From the human T2T-CHM13v2.0 reference genome, Homo sapiens: a stretch of DNA of 64,000 nt. Position 1 is the first letter of the stretch. Every line of letters starts with the position of its first letter. Below the pieces are notes generated by a model. That model saw nothing but the letters and a program-made list of their open reading frames with translations. It had not been told where the DNA came from and did not search any database. The stretch is taken from the NCBI RefSeq assembly GCF_009914755.1, contig NC_060942.1; one strand, given 5' to 3'. This document shows positions 53,533 through 64,000 of this stretch, piece by piece. The position numbers were made by a program, and so were the translations under genes.

Positions 53533-54075
53533 AAATGGCTGCTGCATGGCCGACTCTCTCAGATCCCAAACGGCTGCTGCATGGCCGACTCTCAGATCCC
53601 AAACGGCTGCTGCATGGCCGACTCTCTCAGATCCGAAATGGCTGCTACATGACCGACTCTTGGATCCTTAATGGCTGCTGCATGGCCAGCTCTCGGATCC
53701 GAAACGCTGCTGCATGGCCAACTCTCTCAGATCCCAAACGGCTGCTGCATGGCCGACTCTCGGATCCGAAATGGCTGCTGCATGGCCGACTCTCTCAGAT
53801 CCAAAATGGCAGCTGCATGGCTGACTCTCAGATCCAAAATGGCTGCTGCATGGCCGACTCTCTCAGATCCAAAATGGCTGCTGCATGGCCGACTCTCTCA
53901 GATCCAAAATGGCTGCTGCATGGCCGACTCTCTCAGATCCAAAATGGCTGCTGCATGCCCGACTCTCTCAGATCCGAAATGGCTAGTGCATGGCCGACTC
54001 TCGGATCTGAAATGGCTGCTGCATGGCTGACTCTCGGATCTGAAATGGCTGCTGCATAGCCGACTCTCAGATCTG
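53533..54075. repeat. Minisatellite/VNTR, 16 units of 33-35 bp (AAATGGCTGCTGCATGGCCGACTCT[CT]CAGATCCA)
   Basis: Parsed unit by unit. Length variation comes from a CT indel, and units 10-12 are identical. Confidence 0.97.
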
Positions 54076-54524
54076 GGGACTTCCTGTGTCTAGGCAGTAC
54101 CCTTTTCAACAAACCAAGAACCAACATTCACTGCTTTCACCTGAAGGAAGGGAAGAGGGATGTGAACAGGCCAAACTGAATGGTTGTTTCCTTATAAATA
54201 GTCCCTTTATTAGTCGTCCTGGTCTCCTCCTGCTTCTCTCAAGTATAGAACACCCTTGGGACCTCTTCCACCTTATATATGAGTCCTACATTTTAAGGGG
54301 TTATATATGATTTCATCAATGGGAAACCCCACTGTTATTTATCTTCAAAGACTCTTTGTGGTCTCTGATCTTCTGAAGACTCCACATATATAGTGCAATT
54401 ATGTGTGTGTGTGTATGTGTGCATATATACACACATACATCTTCTGTATTTTCTATAGGTATTTGATCAAGAAAGAAAGGCTACTCTATATATTTAGCTA
54501 GCCATCATATATTAACATGGACTG

Positions 54525-54995
54525 TGTGAAACCATAGCACATAGCCTAAGTGCATATGTTGGACATGAGAAAAGATCTCAAATCAATCATCTTCATCTCT
54601 CCCTGAAGAAACTAGACAAATAAGAGCAAAATAAACTCAAAGCAACAAGAAGGAGAGAAAAGATAAAGATCAAAGTGGAATTTAATAAACTTTAAAATCA
54701 ATGAAACAAAAAGCAGATCCTTCCAAAAAATAAGGAAATATGATGTCAAATGCTTATAAACTCACAATTTAAAAGAAATGGACCAACTCCTTGAAAATCA
54801 AAAACTACCCAAACACCATCAATAAGAAATAAATAATACGAAGAGCCCTAAAACCTCAACCAAGTCATCATAAGTCAATATCAACAGTGATAAATGATGT
54901 TGACAGTATGTAGCCTTGAAATGATGTGGTCTTTCTCTCCAAAAGGCATGTCTGCAGTGCAACCATGGTAAGAACATCAAACAAACCCAAATCGA
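54525..54995 (+). mobile_element. L1M ORF2 fragment joined to an L1MC-type 3' fragment
   Basis: gaagaaactagacaaataagagcaaaataaactcaaagcaa...aatcaatgaaacaaaaagc...gaaatggaccaactccttgaaa. Confidence 0.75.
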
Positions 54996-55227
54996 GGTGT
55001 TGGGAGCTGGGTCATAGAAGCTGATTGGAGAAGGCCTAGATCTTCTTCTGTGACTGCCTGAATATGCGTCCCTTGAAATGATGTGGACTTCCTCTCCAAA
55101 AGGCATGTCTGCAGTGCAACCATGGTGAGAACATCAAACAAACCCAAATCGAGGTGTTGAGAGCTGGGTTGTGGAAGCTGGTTGAAGAAGGCCTAGATCT
55201 TCTTCTGTGACTGCCTGAATATGCGTC
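54914..55227. repeat. 157-bp tandem duplication (about 94% identity)
   Basis: Copies at 54914-55070 and 55071-55227, with about 9 substitutions counted by eye. Confidence 0.96.
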
Positions 55228-55510
55228 CCAAGAACTTCCACTTTCAGTTGTTCCCAGTGACAGCACAAGGTGGACCTGCTTGTTCTGCAGCTCACTAGGT
55301 GTCTGTCCAGTGAGTGACAATCTGTCTCCTCACCTTTCAGGAACCCTCAAGTTCAATGAAGTATTCTCTTAACCCTCTTATGAATTTCTGGGGATAAAGA
55401 AAAACACTTCCCTTTTCCACTGTGAGGATGTGGCTGCCTCTCACTGAAAGTGCTGCAGCCCCAAGACTGCTTTGTAAACTGTTCTCCCAGTTCTTCCACT
55501 GGGCCTGGGG

Positions 55511-55748
55511 AGGTGGGGCCTGGTGGGAATAGGACTCCTTCTCCTACATCTTCATAATTCTGTGGAGATGTAAATGGGGCTTGTTGATAGCTTTTTAGAA
55601 TTTGAGGATAATGGGCACCTTGGCTTTAGAGGTGGGGCCTGGTGGGAATAGGACTCCTTCTCCCACTTCTTCATAATTCTGTGGAGATGTAAATGGGGCT
55701 TGTTGATAGCTTTTTAGAATTTGAGGATAATGGGCACCTTGGCTTTAG
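55511..55748. repeat. 119-bp tandem duplication (117/119 identical)
   Basis: Copies at 55511-55629 and 55630-55748. Confidence 0.97.
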
Positions 55749-55908
55749 CCTTGCATCTCAGCTGCAATTTCAGGACAACAAAGAAAGTCCCAATTAACAT
55801 TCCACTGCACTTAAATTTTAATTATATGTGCTGCTACTGGCTTTAGCTATCAATTATGATTCCATGTTTTTACCCGTAATACTACTTTAACCTGCACAAC
55901 TAGATTTG

Positions 55909-56250
55909 TGTATTAGTCTTCTCAGACTACCATTAAAAAAAAAAATACCCACAAGCAGATGGGCCTTAAACAACAGAAGTTTATGTTCTCACACATCTGG
56001 AGACCAGAGGTTCCAGACCGCGGTCCAACAGGGTCAGCGCCTGATGGGTTCTCTTCCTGGCTTGCAGACGCAGCCCTGTCACTATGTCCTTATATGGCCT
56101 TTCCTTGGGGTGGGCATAGGGGTGGGAGTCCTTGGTGTCTCTTCTTCTGAAAACACGAATCCAACAGGACCAGGGCCCAGCCCTTATGACCTCCTTTAAT
56201 CTTAATTACTTATTTAATGGACGGAGGCCATATCTTCAAACACAGCCACT
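55909..56250 (-). mobile_element. MLT1A/B-type MaLR LTR
   Basis: tgtattagtct...ccttaaacaacagaagtttat...ttcctggcttgcagac...cccttatgacctcctttaatcttaattac. Confidence 0.8.
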
Positions 56251-56929
56251 AACAAGCAGGCCACAACAACCTGTTTCATAACTTGGTGGCCACATCTCTA
56301 TTCTGTCTCCACTATCATTTCTGGCCCCTTGATTCCAAAGCTTTTGGTCTTCAGTATGTCATGCAAGCTTCCCACAGCAGCTCCATCCAGAGTTGGTGCT
56401 CAAATGTTATTAAAAGGGCTGATAATGCATTTGCCAATGTTCTTCCTGTTGCACTGGGAAAAGGTGTACATGACTATTTGACTTCAAGCCATTTATGGTG
56501 GTGACACCCAATATGAAACTGCAGCATATTTCCCAAAGAGATGACTTTACAGTAATTAGGCTGAAAATTTAAGCAAGCTTTTTTCCAAAAACTCAATGTT
56601 TCATTTAGCAATATTAACTAATAAAGTTTACATTTTTAAAAATTCTGTTTGCCAAAGAGTATCATTAAAGATAACACACAGTTTTGTCTGTTATTTACGG
56701 TGCTTTCATTAGCCATCTCACGAGTTGAGGTGAGTATTTCTGACTCACTCAATTTCTTATTTCTGAGGTGGTTCACATGAGAACGTGCATCGTGGGGCTG
56801 TGGTACAACTTCTTATTTTTAAAAATTCTTGTGTGACTTTTTTTTCTCTTCTTTTTGTCTCGAGCACCTTGGGAGAGCAAAGATATAATACTGGTAATGA
56901 GACAGGAGGAAACATCACAATAGGACTAC

Positions 56930-57560
56930 ATAATGCAACCATTTTTTTCATTCTTTCTCATCATCTTACAGAATTTTTCCAACTCTTTGATATTTACATA
57001 GACAAAACATTGTAAATAAAATTGTGTATTGTTTTACATTATATCATTTTATAAACATTTTGCCTGAGTCCCTCCTTGTGGTCACTAATGTTTTCAATAT
57101 TTCATTTACTGCTTATTTCTTATTTTTCAATATTTCCGTTGCTTCCCATTTTTAACTATTGTAAATAGTATTACAGTGAACATCTTTATGATATGGAACC
57201 ATATTTCTTCTTTTTTCAGATTACTTCTATTATTATGGATCATCAGGTAAATTTCTCAAAACGGAATCACTAGGTCAAAATTCTGAAGTATCCTGTGGCT
57301 CCTAATGTACAGGAAGAAATATTTTCTAAAACAGTGTGTCTCTATTCTAGCATTTCAGAACAACTCAACATTTCTTGCTAATTATTTGTAGATGAAAATG
57401 GAAATTTTTCATTAATTCTTTAGCTACTAGAAGTTGGTTCTCAGCTGGCTCACTTCACTTCTCCTTCCTCTTATGTGACTTGTGTCCTCATTTCATTCCT
57501 GATTTTTCTACCACAGGCTTCTTATTTTTAGAAATCAATTTATATAAGAATGATGTTAAT
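56930..57560 (-). mobile_element. Diverged L1ME fragment
   Basis: gttgcttcccatttttaactattgtaaatagtattacagtgaacatctt...ggaatcactaggtcaaa. Confidence 0.55.
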
Positions 57561-58739
57561 TTATGGCTACATTTGCTTCCTCCCATATTTCTTTTTATTT
57601 CAGTTATTGATTTTGAGTCCACCGAGAAATTTCTGTAACAAATTACCTGTTCCTTATGGGGGATGAAACCGCTACCTTTGTCCTCATTACAGGGACAGTC
57701 AACTGACTTCAGTAATGTCAGTGTATACGTGAGAGCTACAGCATAACATGGATAGACCTGCTGGTGTCACAGTTCTGTCTTCAGCACCCCCAGATCTGTG
57801 CAGTTTCCTAAAGTGCATCATTAGCCACTAAGCCAACCCATCAGAAGCCTTCTGCTCTCCTCCACATATTTAGCTGACTACAAAATTTTTTTCACTTTAT
57901 GCAAAGATACAACACAAATCCAAAACCCCTTAATAGAACACATGCAATACAGTAAATTATGGTTGGGAATCCACTGTCAACTTTTAAATTGTATCCATAC
58001 AGTACAATTCTCAACCTTAGCATAGGGTGAATGATGTGTTTTGGGCAACATACAAGCCATTGTGAGCCATTCATTCATTGTATTGCAACTTTCTTCCTGA
58101 GCCCTGCAATGTAACATAAACTTCTGAGTAATGAATTTAAGTGGAGACTGTTAGTGACTCTATAATATTTAGAAAGCAAACCACTCTCTTTCAATAGAGA
58201 GACTACAGAGGAGGTTTGATAAATAAGCCCCTGCATTCTCCTTCTCACCTGCCCAGTCCTCACAGGCAGCTTGTGTACAGTAGTATATTGCCTGTGATGT
58301 CAAACTAGTAAGTTCATATAATTTTTTTCTGCGTATCCCACAATTTAACCCTGATACACATATATTTACTTTGTCTTTTTGCACCTTTGCCACACATCCA
58401 ACTTTTTTTATCATTTACATTATTGAAAACAATTTTCTGAAATATTCCAATCTTTTGATTAAAAGAAAAAATATTTTATGACATTCCTTGTTGTTCTTAC
58501 CATGTTATGCCAAATCTTTATGATACTGCATACTGAATCAACGGATGAAAAGAATAAATCCTCTATGTGCTGCAGAGAAAAACACCTAAAGGGCTGAACC
58601 AACTTCTGTCTTTTCACATGCACGTTTAGGCTACATACAATTACAGACTTAAGTCTGCAATTTGCCTGCATCAATAAGCATCTGATATCTGGTTATTGAT
58701 TAGACAAAAAGAAAACATTACGCAGAGCAATCTCCGCAA

Positions 58740-59680
58740 ACTCCTACATCTAAAGACAACTTGATACCTCTTTCTGGTTCAATATCTTATCCAAGTGCCC
58801 ACTCCAAACATCCACAGGATGGTCTAATAGTCACCTAAGCCTGATCCAAACTCTTGTCTCAAAACTTGCTTCTTCCCCTGCTGTCTCCTTCCAGATAAAT
58901 TGCAAGACATTGACCCTGTTGCTGCAGCCGAAATCCCGGGCATCAGACGTGACTCCTCTCTACTAGCCTTCATCCAAGCTGTCAGCAAATCCTGTTGGTG
59001 CCGTCTTCTATTCCAAACATGCCATTACTCGTTCCATCGTCCAAGCCTCCTTCGTCTCTTGCCCCAGGATCACACAGGTGTCCCTGCGCCCTACTCTTCT
59101 CTCCCTCTATCACCCATTGTCGACCGTGCAGCAGCGAGTGATCCTTTCAAAACTAAAACCAGAGTCCTTCATCATTTTACATCCTTTATACTTTTTCCCT
59201 AATCTTCATGTCTTTCTTTCAAAACCAATAAATTTTGAATAGTTTAAGGTTAGCTTAGCTAGCCCAAGCCTGGGCTCTATTCTCACAGCCTCCTTCTTGC
59301 TCACGCTTTTCCTGCTGCACTGCCTGTCTCGGGAGTTTGTGAACCCAGCAAACTTGCTCCTACCCAGGGCGCTGGGTTTGCAGCTCACGGGTATTCCCAG
59401 GGCTCATTCTCTTAGCTTAGTTTAGATCTATGAGCAAATATCACTGCCTCTACGAGACTTTTCCTGATTATCCACTAAAAAATTCTACCCCCATAACTCT
59501 TACTTGGCTTTATTTTTTCTTTCTGACACTTATCTGATATTAGAGTATATGTTTGTCTCTGTTGCCAAAATGTACACTCCAGAAAGGTGGAAAATTTGCC
59601 CGTTGCTATATCCTCAGTGGCTAAGACAGATTTCGGCATGTGGCACGGGCTTGATGAGTGTTTGTTGAATAAATGAACTA
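58740..59680 (+). mobile_element. L2a 3' region
   Basis: C/T-rich L2 body (gcagcgagtgatcctttcaaaac, aaatatcactgcctct), ending in the canonical gtttgttgaataaatgaa tail. Confidence 0.85.
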
Positions 59681-60734
59681 TACATATAATTAATCTTATT
59701 TAAATAACATTGATATTTTACGCTTCTAGCTGTTATCCTCTTGTAAAAAGACTTGCTTGTTCTTACCCCAATTTGTAAAACGTGACTGATTCTCCTTCTT
59801 TCTTGCCATGTAATTCTTATCTCTGTTTTCCCAGTAGATGAGACACCCTACTATGTGGGAACTCTCAGGATAAATTTAGGGTAAACTGATCAGTGTTGGA
59901 GATTCAAATTGGGATAGCTGAGTTTCTTAAGTGGGAAGAATTGGGTGATTCTAGTTATTCTGTTCTTGTCCCCACTTCAGTCCTCTGTGGTTGGTCCATT
60001 TGGTAGAATGCACATTAAAATGGTTATCAAGTATTCTCTATTTCAGCCTAAGGATGCCTTCTGTTGAATTTTAAAGGCAAATTAAAGAGGCGACATTTCC
60101 CCTTCTGTAATCACCAAGTAACATTGCTTTGGCTTTCACTTACTGAAAAAGAAACAAAATTCCATTTGTTTCTCACTAAACAGACTTGAAGATTGTCCCT
60201 TGAGTGAAATGAATGAAATCAGTGTTGTTATTTGTTTAAAAGGTAGTTATTGAAAGAAGTTTCTGTTGCTATTACCAATAAATTTGTGTCTCTGGAACCA
60301 TGGAGAGATTAAAAATCAAAACCCAATAGGAGAGTGTGAGCCCTAGGAAGTATTACCTGGTCTTCTGGCTTTCAACAAAGCAGGACTTTGCCTTTGATTA
60401 CTATCAGCAACACGAGGTTTTAAATTCTAGTAATATCCTCTGTTTTTCCATAACACCAGTCCAGGCACAATTTTACAGGGTATTGCTGTGTTATTAGTAG
60501 AGAGGTGAGATTATTAGGGTATCTTAGCCCCTTTTGTCTGGATAAGATTGTGCCAGTTGTTACTAGAAGTTAAATGTTACCAACAGATGGTAGACATGTC
60601 ACCTTTCTTCCGAGCAGCATCTCTCAATTAGTAGGGTCACAGCAAAACTTTTTATGTCAATCAATGTATGCTGTATATATTTCCCATATGCTTCCTTCCT
60701 CATTACCAGAGTACATGAGACCAGCAACCCTCAC

Positions 60735-61138
60735 TGCATTAGTCTGTTCTTGTATGGCTATAAAGAAAGACCTGAGACTTGGGTAGTTTATAAAGAAAAG
60801 AGGTTTAATTGGCTCACAGTTTCACAGTCTGTACAGGAAGCATGATGCTGTCATCTGCTCAGCTTCTGGAGAGGCCTCAGGAAGCTTCCCATCATGGCAG
60901 AAGGTGAAGGGGGAGCAGGAGCAAGAGAGAGAAGGGAGGAGGTGCCTCACACTATCAAACAACCAGATTTTGTGAGTGCTCACTCACTATCATGAGAGCA
61001 GCACCAAGGCAAAGGTGCTAACCCACTCATGAGAAACCACCCCCATGATCCAACTACCTTCCACCAGGTCCTACCTCAACACTGGGAATTACAATTCAAC
61101 ACAAGATTTGGGTGGGAACACAGATGGAACCCATATAA
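60735..61138 (-). mobile_element. Solo MSTA MaLR LTR with intact 5-bp TSD
   Basis: ataaagaaaagaggtttaattggctcacagtt...gtacaggaagcatgatgct...attacaattcaacacaagatttgggtggg. CTCAC at 60730-60734 and 61139-61143. Confidence 0.93.
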
Positions 61139-61598
61139 CTCACCCAACCCCTAAATCTCTTACAAATACATCAGCTTAAGTGGTTCTGTCATTTCTCATG
61201 AGGCAAATCTGATTACTAACTCTCCACACTGACTGCTCTCTCACTTGTTCGTGTACAATTTGGATCATGACCAAATCCTGGAAACGAGTTGTAGAGAATA
61301 CGATTCCGCCATCCATGTTCCTTACCGCAAGTAAGGGAACAATAAATGCTCACCGAGTATTTTTTGAAACTGAAGTCAAGTAACACAGAGCTAATGCCAT
61401 CTTCCCAGTCTCAAAAGTTCATTGTTTCAGGGTCATTTTTTGGGCAATTTTCTGTATCCTCTATATTTCTTACATGCTATCTTCATAATATTTCTATATG
61501 TTTTTATAAATATTTTATCTCTCCATCTTGTAATGTATTTGAGACTGAATGAGGGAGGCCTGAGGCAGATTTCCACCTGTTCCTCTCACTAGCAATAG

Positions 61599-61607
61599 CC
61601 ATCCATT

Positions 61608-61638
<31 letters not shown>

Positions 61639-61750
61639 CCATCTGTCCATCCATCCGTTCATCCGTCCATCCGTCTGTCCATCCATCCGTCCATCCATGC
61701 ATCCATCCATCCATCCATCCATCCATCCATCTGTCCATCTGTGCATCCAT
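61599..61750. repeat. (TCCA)n tetranucleotide repeat at the tail of an antisense L2 fragment (61755-61860)
   Basis: Direct observation, followed by ttcaacaaataca...gttcctatgcaacaagtactatgtta. Confidence 0.92.
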
Positions 61751-63920
61751 ACATCTCTTCAACAAATACATATCAGTCAGTTCCTATGCAACAAGTACTA
61801 TGTTACAAGCTTGGGGTAAAAGAATGCACAAATGAACATAGTCCCTATCCTCATGAAAGTGTGTAAAAATTATCCGGCCGTATGGAGATGACAGTGCCAC
61901 AGAATATTTCTAAATGGTCACTTAATCAATGTTGATAAAATACTTAGCACAGCAACTAAGATATTACAGAAAATTAAAAAATAATATTTTTTAGTGCTCA
62001 GATAATTAATTTTATTTTTTCTTGTTATAAAAGGAAATAATTTCATGATATGGCATTACTGCTGTGTACAATTTTAGCAGCATTTCACACTTTTTAATAG
62101 ATGCTAAACTGTTCTCTCTCTTATATTTACTAGATTTTGCCTTCAACATTGGTGCCAATAATTTTGTTCAACTTTACTGTGCCTATCCTTGTCATCCTCC
62201 TTCCATTTTACCCATTTATGTTGATATAACTTTACCTTTTATACCCATCTTACTTGTTTTCTCCCCAATGTATGGATTTGCTTTTTAGTATCAATTTAAT
62301 TTTTGGATTTTATTTCATAGCCATATTCCATTACAAGTAGTCCAAATTAATTTTATGCATAGTATTCTTTCTCACAAATAATGCCAAATTAAATGTATCA
62401 TCTTCTATCTATTATTATAAGGTTGGATTGTTCTCTTTTTTCAGTATTTTGGCATTCTATTTATCTTATTTTCTTTATCTTCTATATTTTCAAGTTTGCT
62501 GCCCCATCATGGATTTGATTTGCTTTTCTAATTTTATACCCAATTGCATTCCTGACTTTCTATTTTTCCTTTTTCCAACTTAGTTCCATTTTTCTTTACT
62601 ATTTCCATATGTGCATGCTTCTTTTTGAGATACGAAGCATATGTCCTCTAAATTTTCACCTTTTTTTTTTTTTTTGGTAGAACATCATTTTTAGTAATAT
62701 ACGTTCTTTTTCTTATTCCTCTGTTCCTTCTGGGAAGTTTTCCATTTCTTAGGTCCATGTATTCATTTTTTTTCTGTTAAATATTCTTAAGCATGATAGA
62801 TACACTTAGGCATGTGCCAGCAAACAATTTGGGCTTCATGCACATGTCCCCTCCTACGTTCCACCTGGGTCTTAGGTTAATACAATGGTCCCTTTCTTAA
62901 TATACAGTGGCAAGTACGAGATTGCTAGAGGAGACTGCACATCCCCTTACCCTGCCTGTGGCATTTCCATACCACATTAGGGAGTTTCGCATTTGTCTTG
63001 GGAGAGTAGAAGCATGTCTCGATCACAGGGCGGCACACAATGCCGCGACCCTCCTCCTGATCTGGGCTTCCATCACAGTTCCTTCCCTTAGACTAAGAAG
63101 CAAATCTAGTGGATGGATTTTCACCTACCTTTCCTACTGACTTTTCATATGCTATTTAAAAACATGTTGTTGAGGAGAGCTTTGGGGAGTTCAAATCACC
63201 GAGGTGTATGAACAGTTTTTTGGGTTTTTTTTTCTAATTCTTAATTCTTCATGGTTACCTTTAGTTTCTTAGACAATTAATCTATACCAAGTTTCATTTT
63301 CTTCATTTGCTATCAATCAACAGATTCTCTCTTAGCCTTAGATTCCACCCTGTCATTCTTTTATATTCATTTGCTATGAGTATCCAGATGTATATTATTC
63401 TATATCAAAACTCCAAAAGCTGATTAGTCATTTAAGACACAATATATACCATAAACTAGAGATGCCTGTCTTAAATGTACAAAATTCTAGGACCAATGGC
63501 AAGCAGACCTCATTCTGACTTAGGCAGCTACAGTTATAATCAACTGAAGTGTCCACCAAGAAAATACAACTTAGTACGGTCTTCGAAGTGTCCTGGGGCC
63601 AGTGATCCCCCATCACACCAAAGCCATTCAGAATTCTAGAGCAATGATGTTGATAGTGAAATCTACGAGAGCTGTCCGTCTTTTCGTGGTCCTTGTGTCT
63701 CCTTTCCTTGATTGCTGTGGTTGATAACATACAGGAAAATTGACTGATATCGTTTATAAATGGACTTGGTCAGTTTACTTTGTGCACTTTCTCTTTATAT
63801 GAGTCTGATAAGAATTGAAATGACCCAAAGTCAGATCTCATAAAATAGGTGACAGACAGTGGAAGAGGAAAGGGAAGAAAAGGATTATTTGCAGAGATGA
63901 CTGACTGGTTTCTAATTTCC

Positions 63921-64000
63921 TTTTTTTTTTTTTTTTTTTTTTTTTTTTGAGACGGAGTCTCGCTCTGTCGCTCTGGAGTGCAGTGGCGCGATCTCGGCTC
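63921..64000 (-). mobile_element. Alu 3' end (runs off the window), long pure poly(T), probably young
   Basis: T28 then gagacggagtctcgctctgtcg...gtggcgcgatctcggctc with all CpGs intact. Confidence 0.93.

Noticed and set aside
53313-54059. Longest ORF (248 aa) and overlapping ORFs
   Set aside because: It starts in decayed L1 sequence at a non-ATG codon and is open only because the VNTR lacks stops. The peptide cycles through three frames of one repeat unit.
53533-54075. CRISPR-like 33-35-bp periodicity
   Set aside because: Units are contiguous with no unique spacers, there are no cas genes, and the context is primate DNA.
56700-57252. Microexon-like pairs (56713-56729 and 57220-57246)
   Set aside because: Weak or L1-derived pyrimidine tracts and no host gene evidence.

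Overview
This is primate, most likely human, non-coding genomic DNA that is intergenic or deep intronic. It contains 10 Alu copies, old L1/L2/MIR fragments, ERV1/ERVL/MaLR LTRs and hAT/Tigger DNA transposon fossils, and it is CpG-depleted. I cannot identify the locus. No protein-coding gene is supported. The ORF track is mostly explained by repeats, and the only recognisable peptides are a decayed L1 ORF1 fragment (3117-3533) and a frameshifted ERV-L gag (about 21985-23075). There is no CRISPR array or prokaryote-type system, and I cannot claim a new biological system. The best leads are: (1) a 16-unit 33/35-bp minisatellite (53533-54075) whose units carry both YY1-like AAAATGGCTGC and RBFOX TGCATG motifs; (2) two discrete tandem duplications (157 and 119 bp) beside it; (3) a tailless 35-nt U2 snRNA retrocopy with a target-site duplication (TSD); (4) a TGACAG/CAGAC minisatellite; (5) a G-rich 16-bp VNTR with 112-bp higher-order structure; (6) three close inverted Alu pairs; (7) several strong + strand splice-site pairs and repeat-free stretches that may be lncRNA exons or enhancers. 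Repeat family names come from remembered consensus sequences rather than a database search, and boundaries of old elements are approximate.
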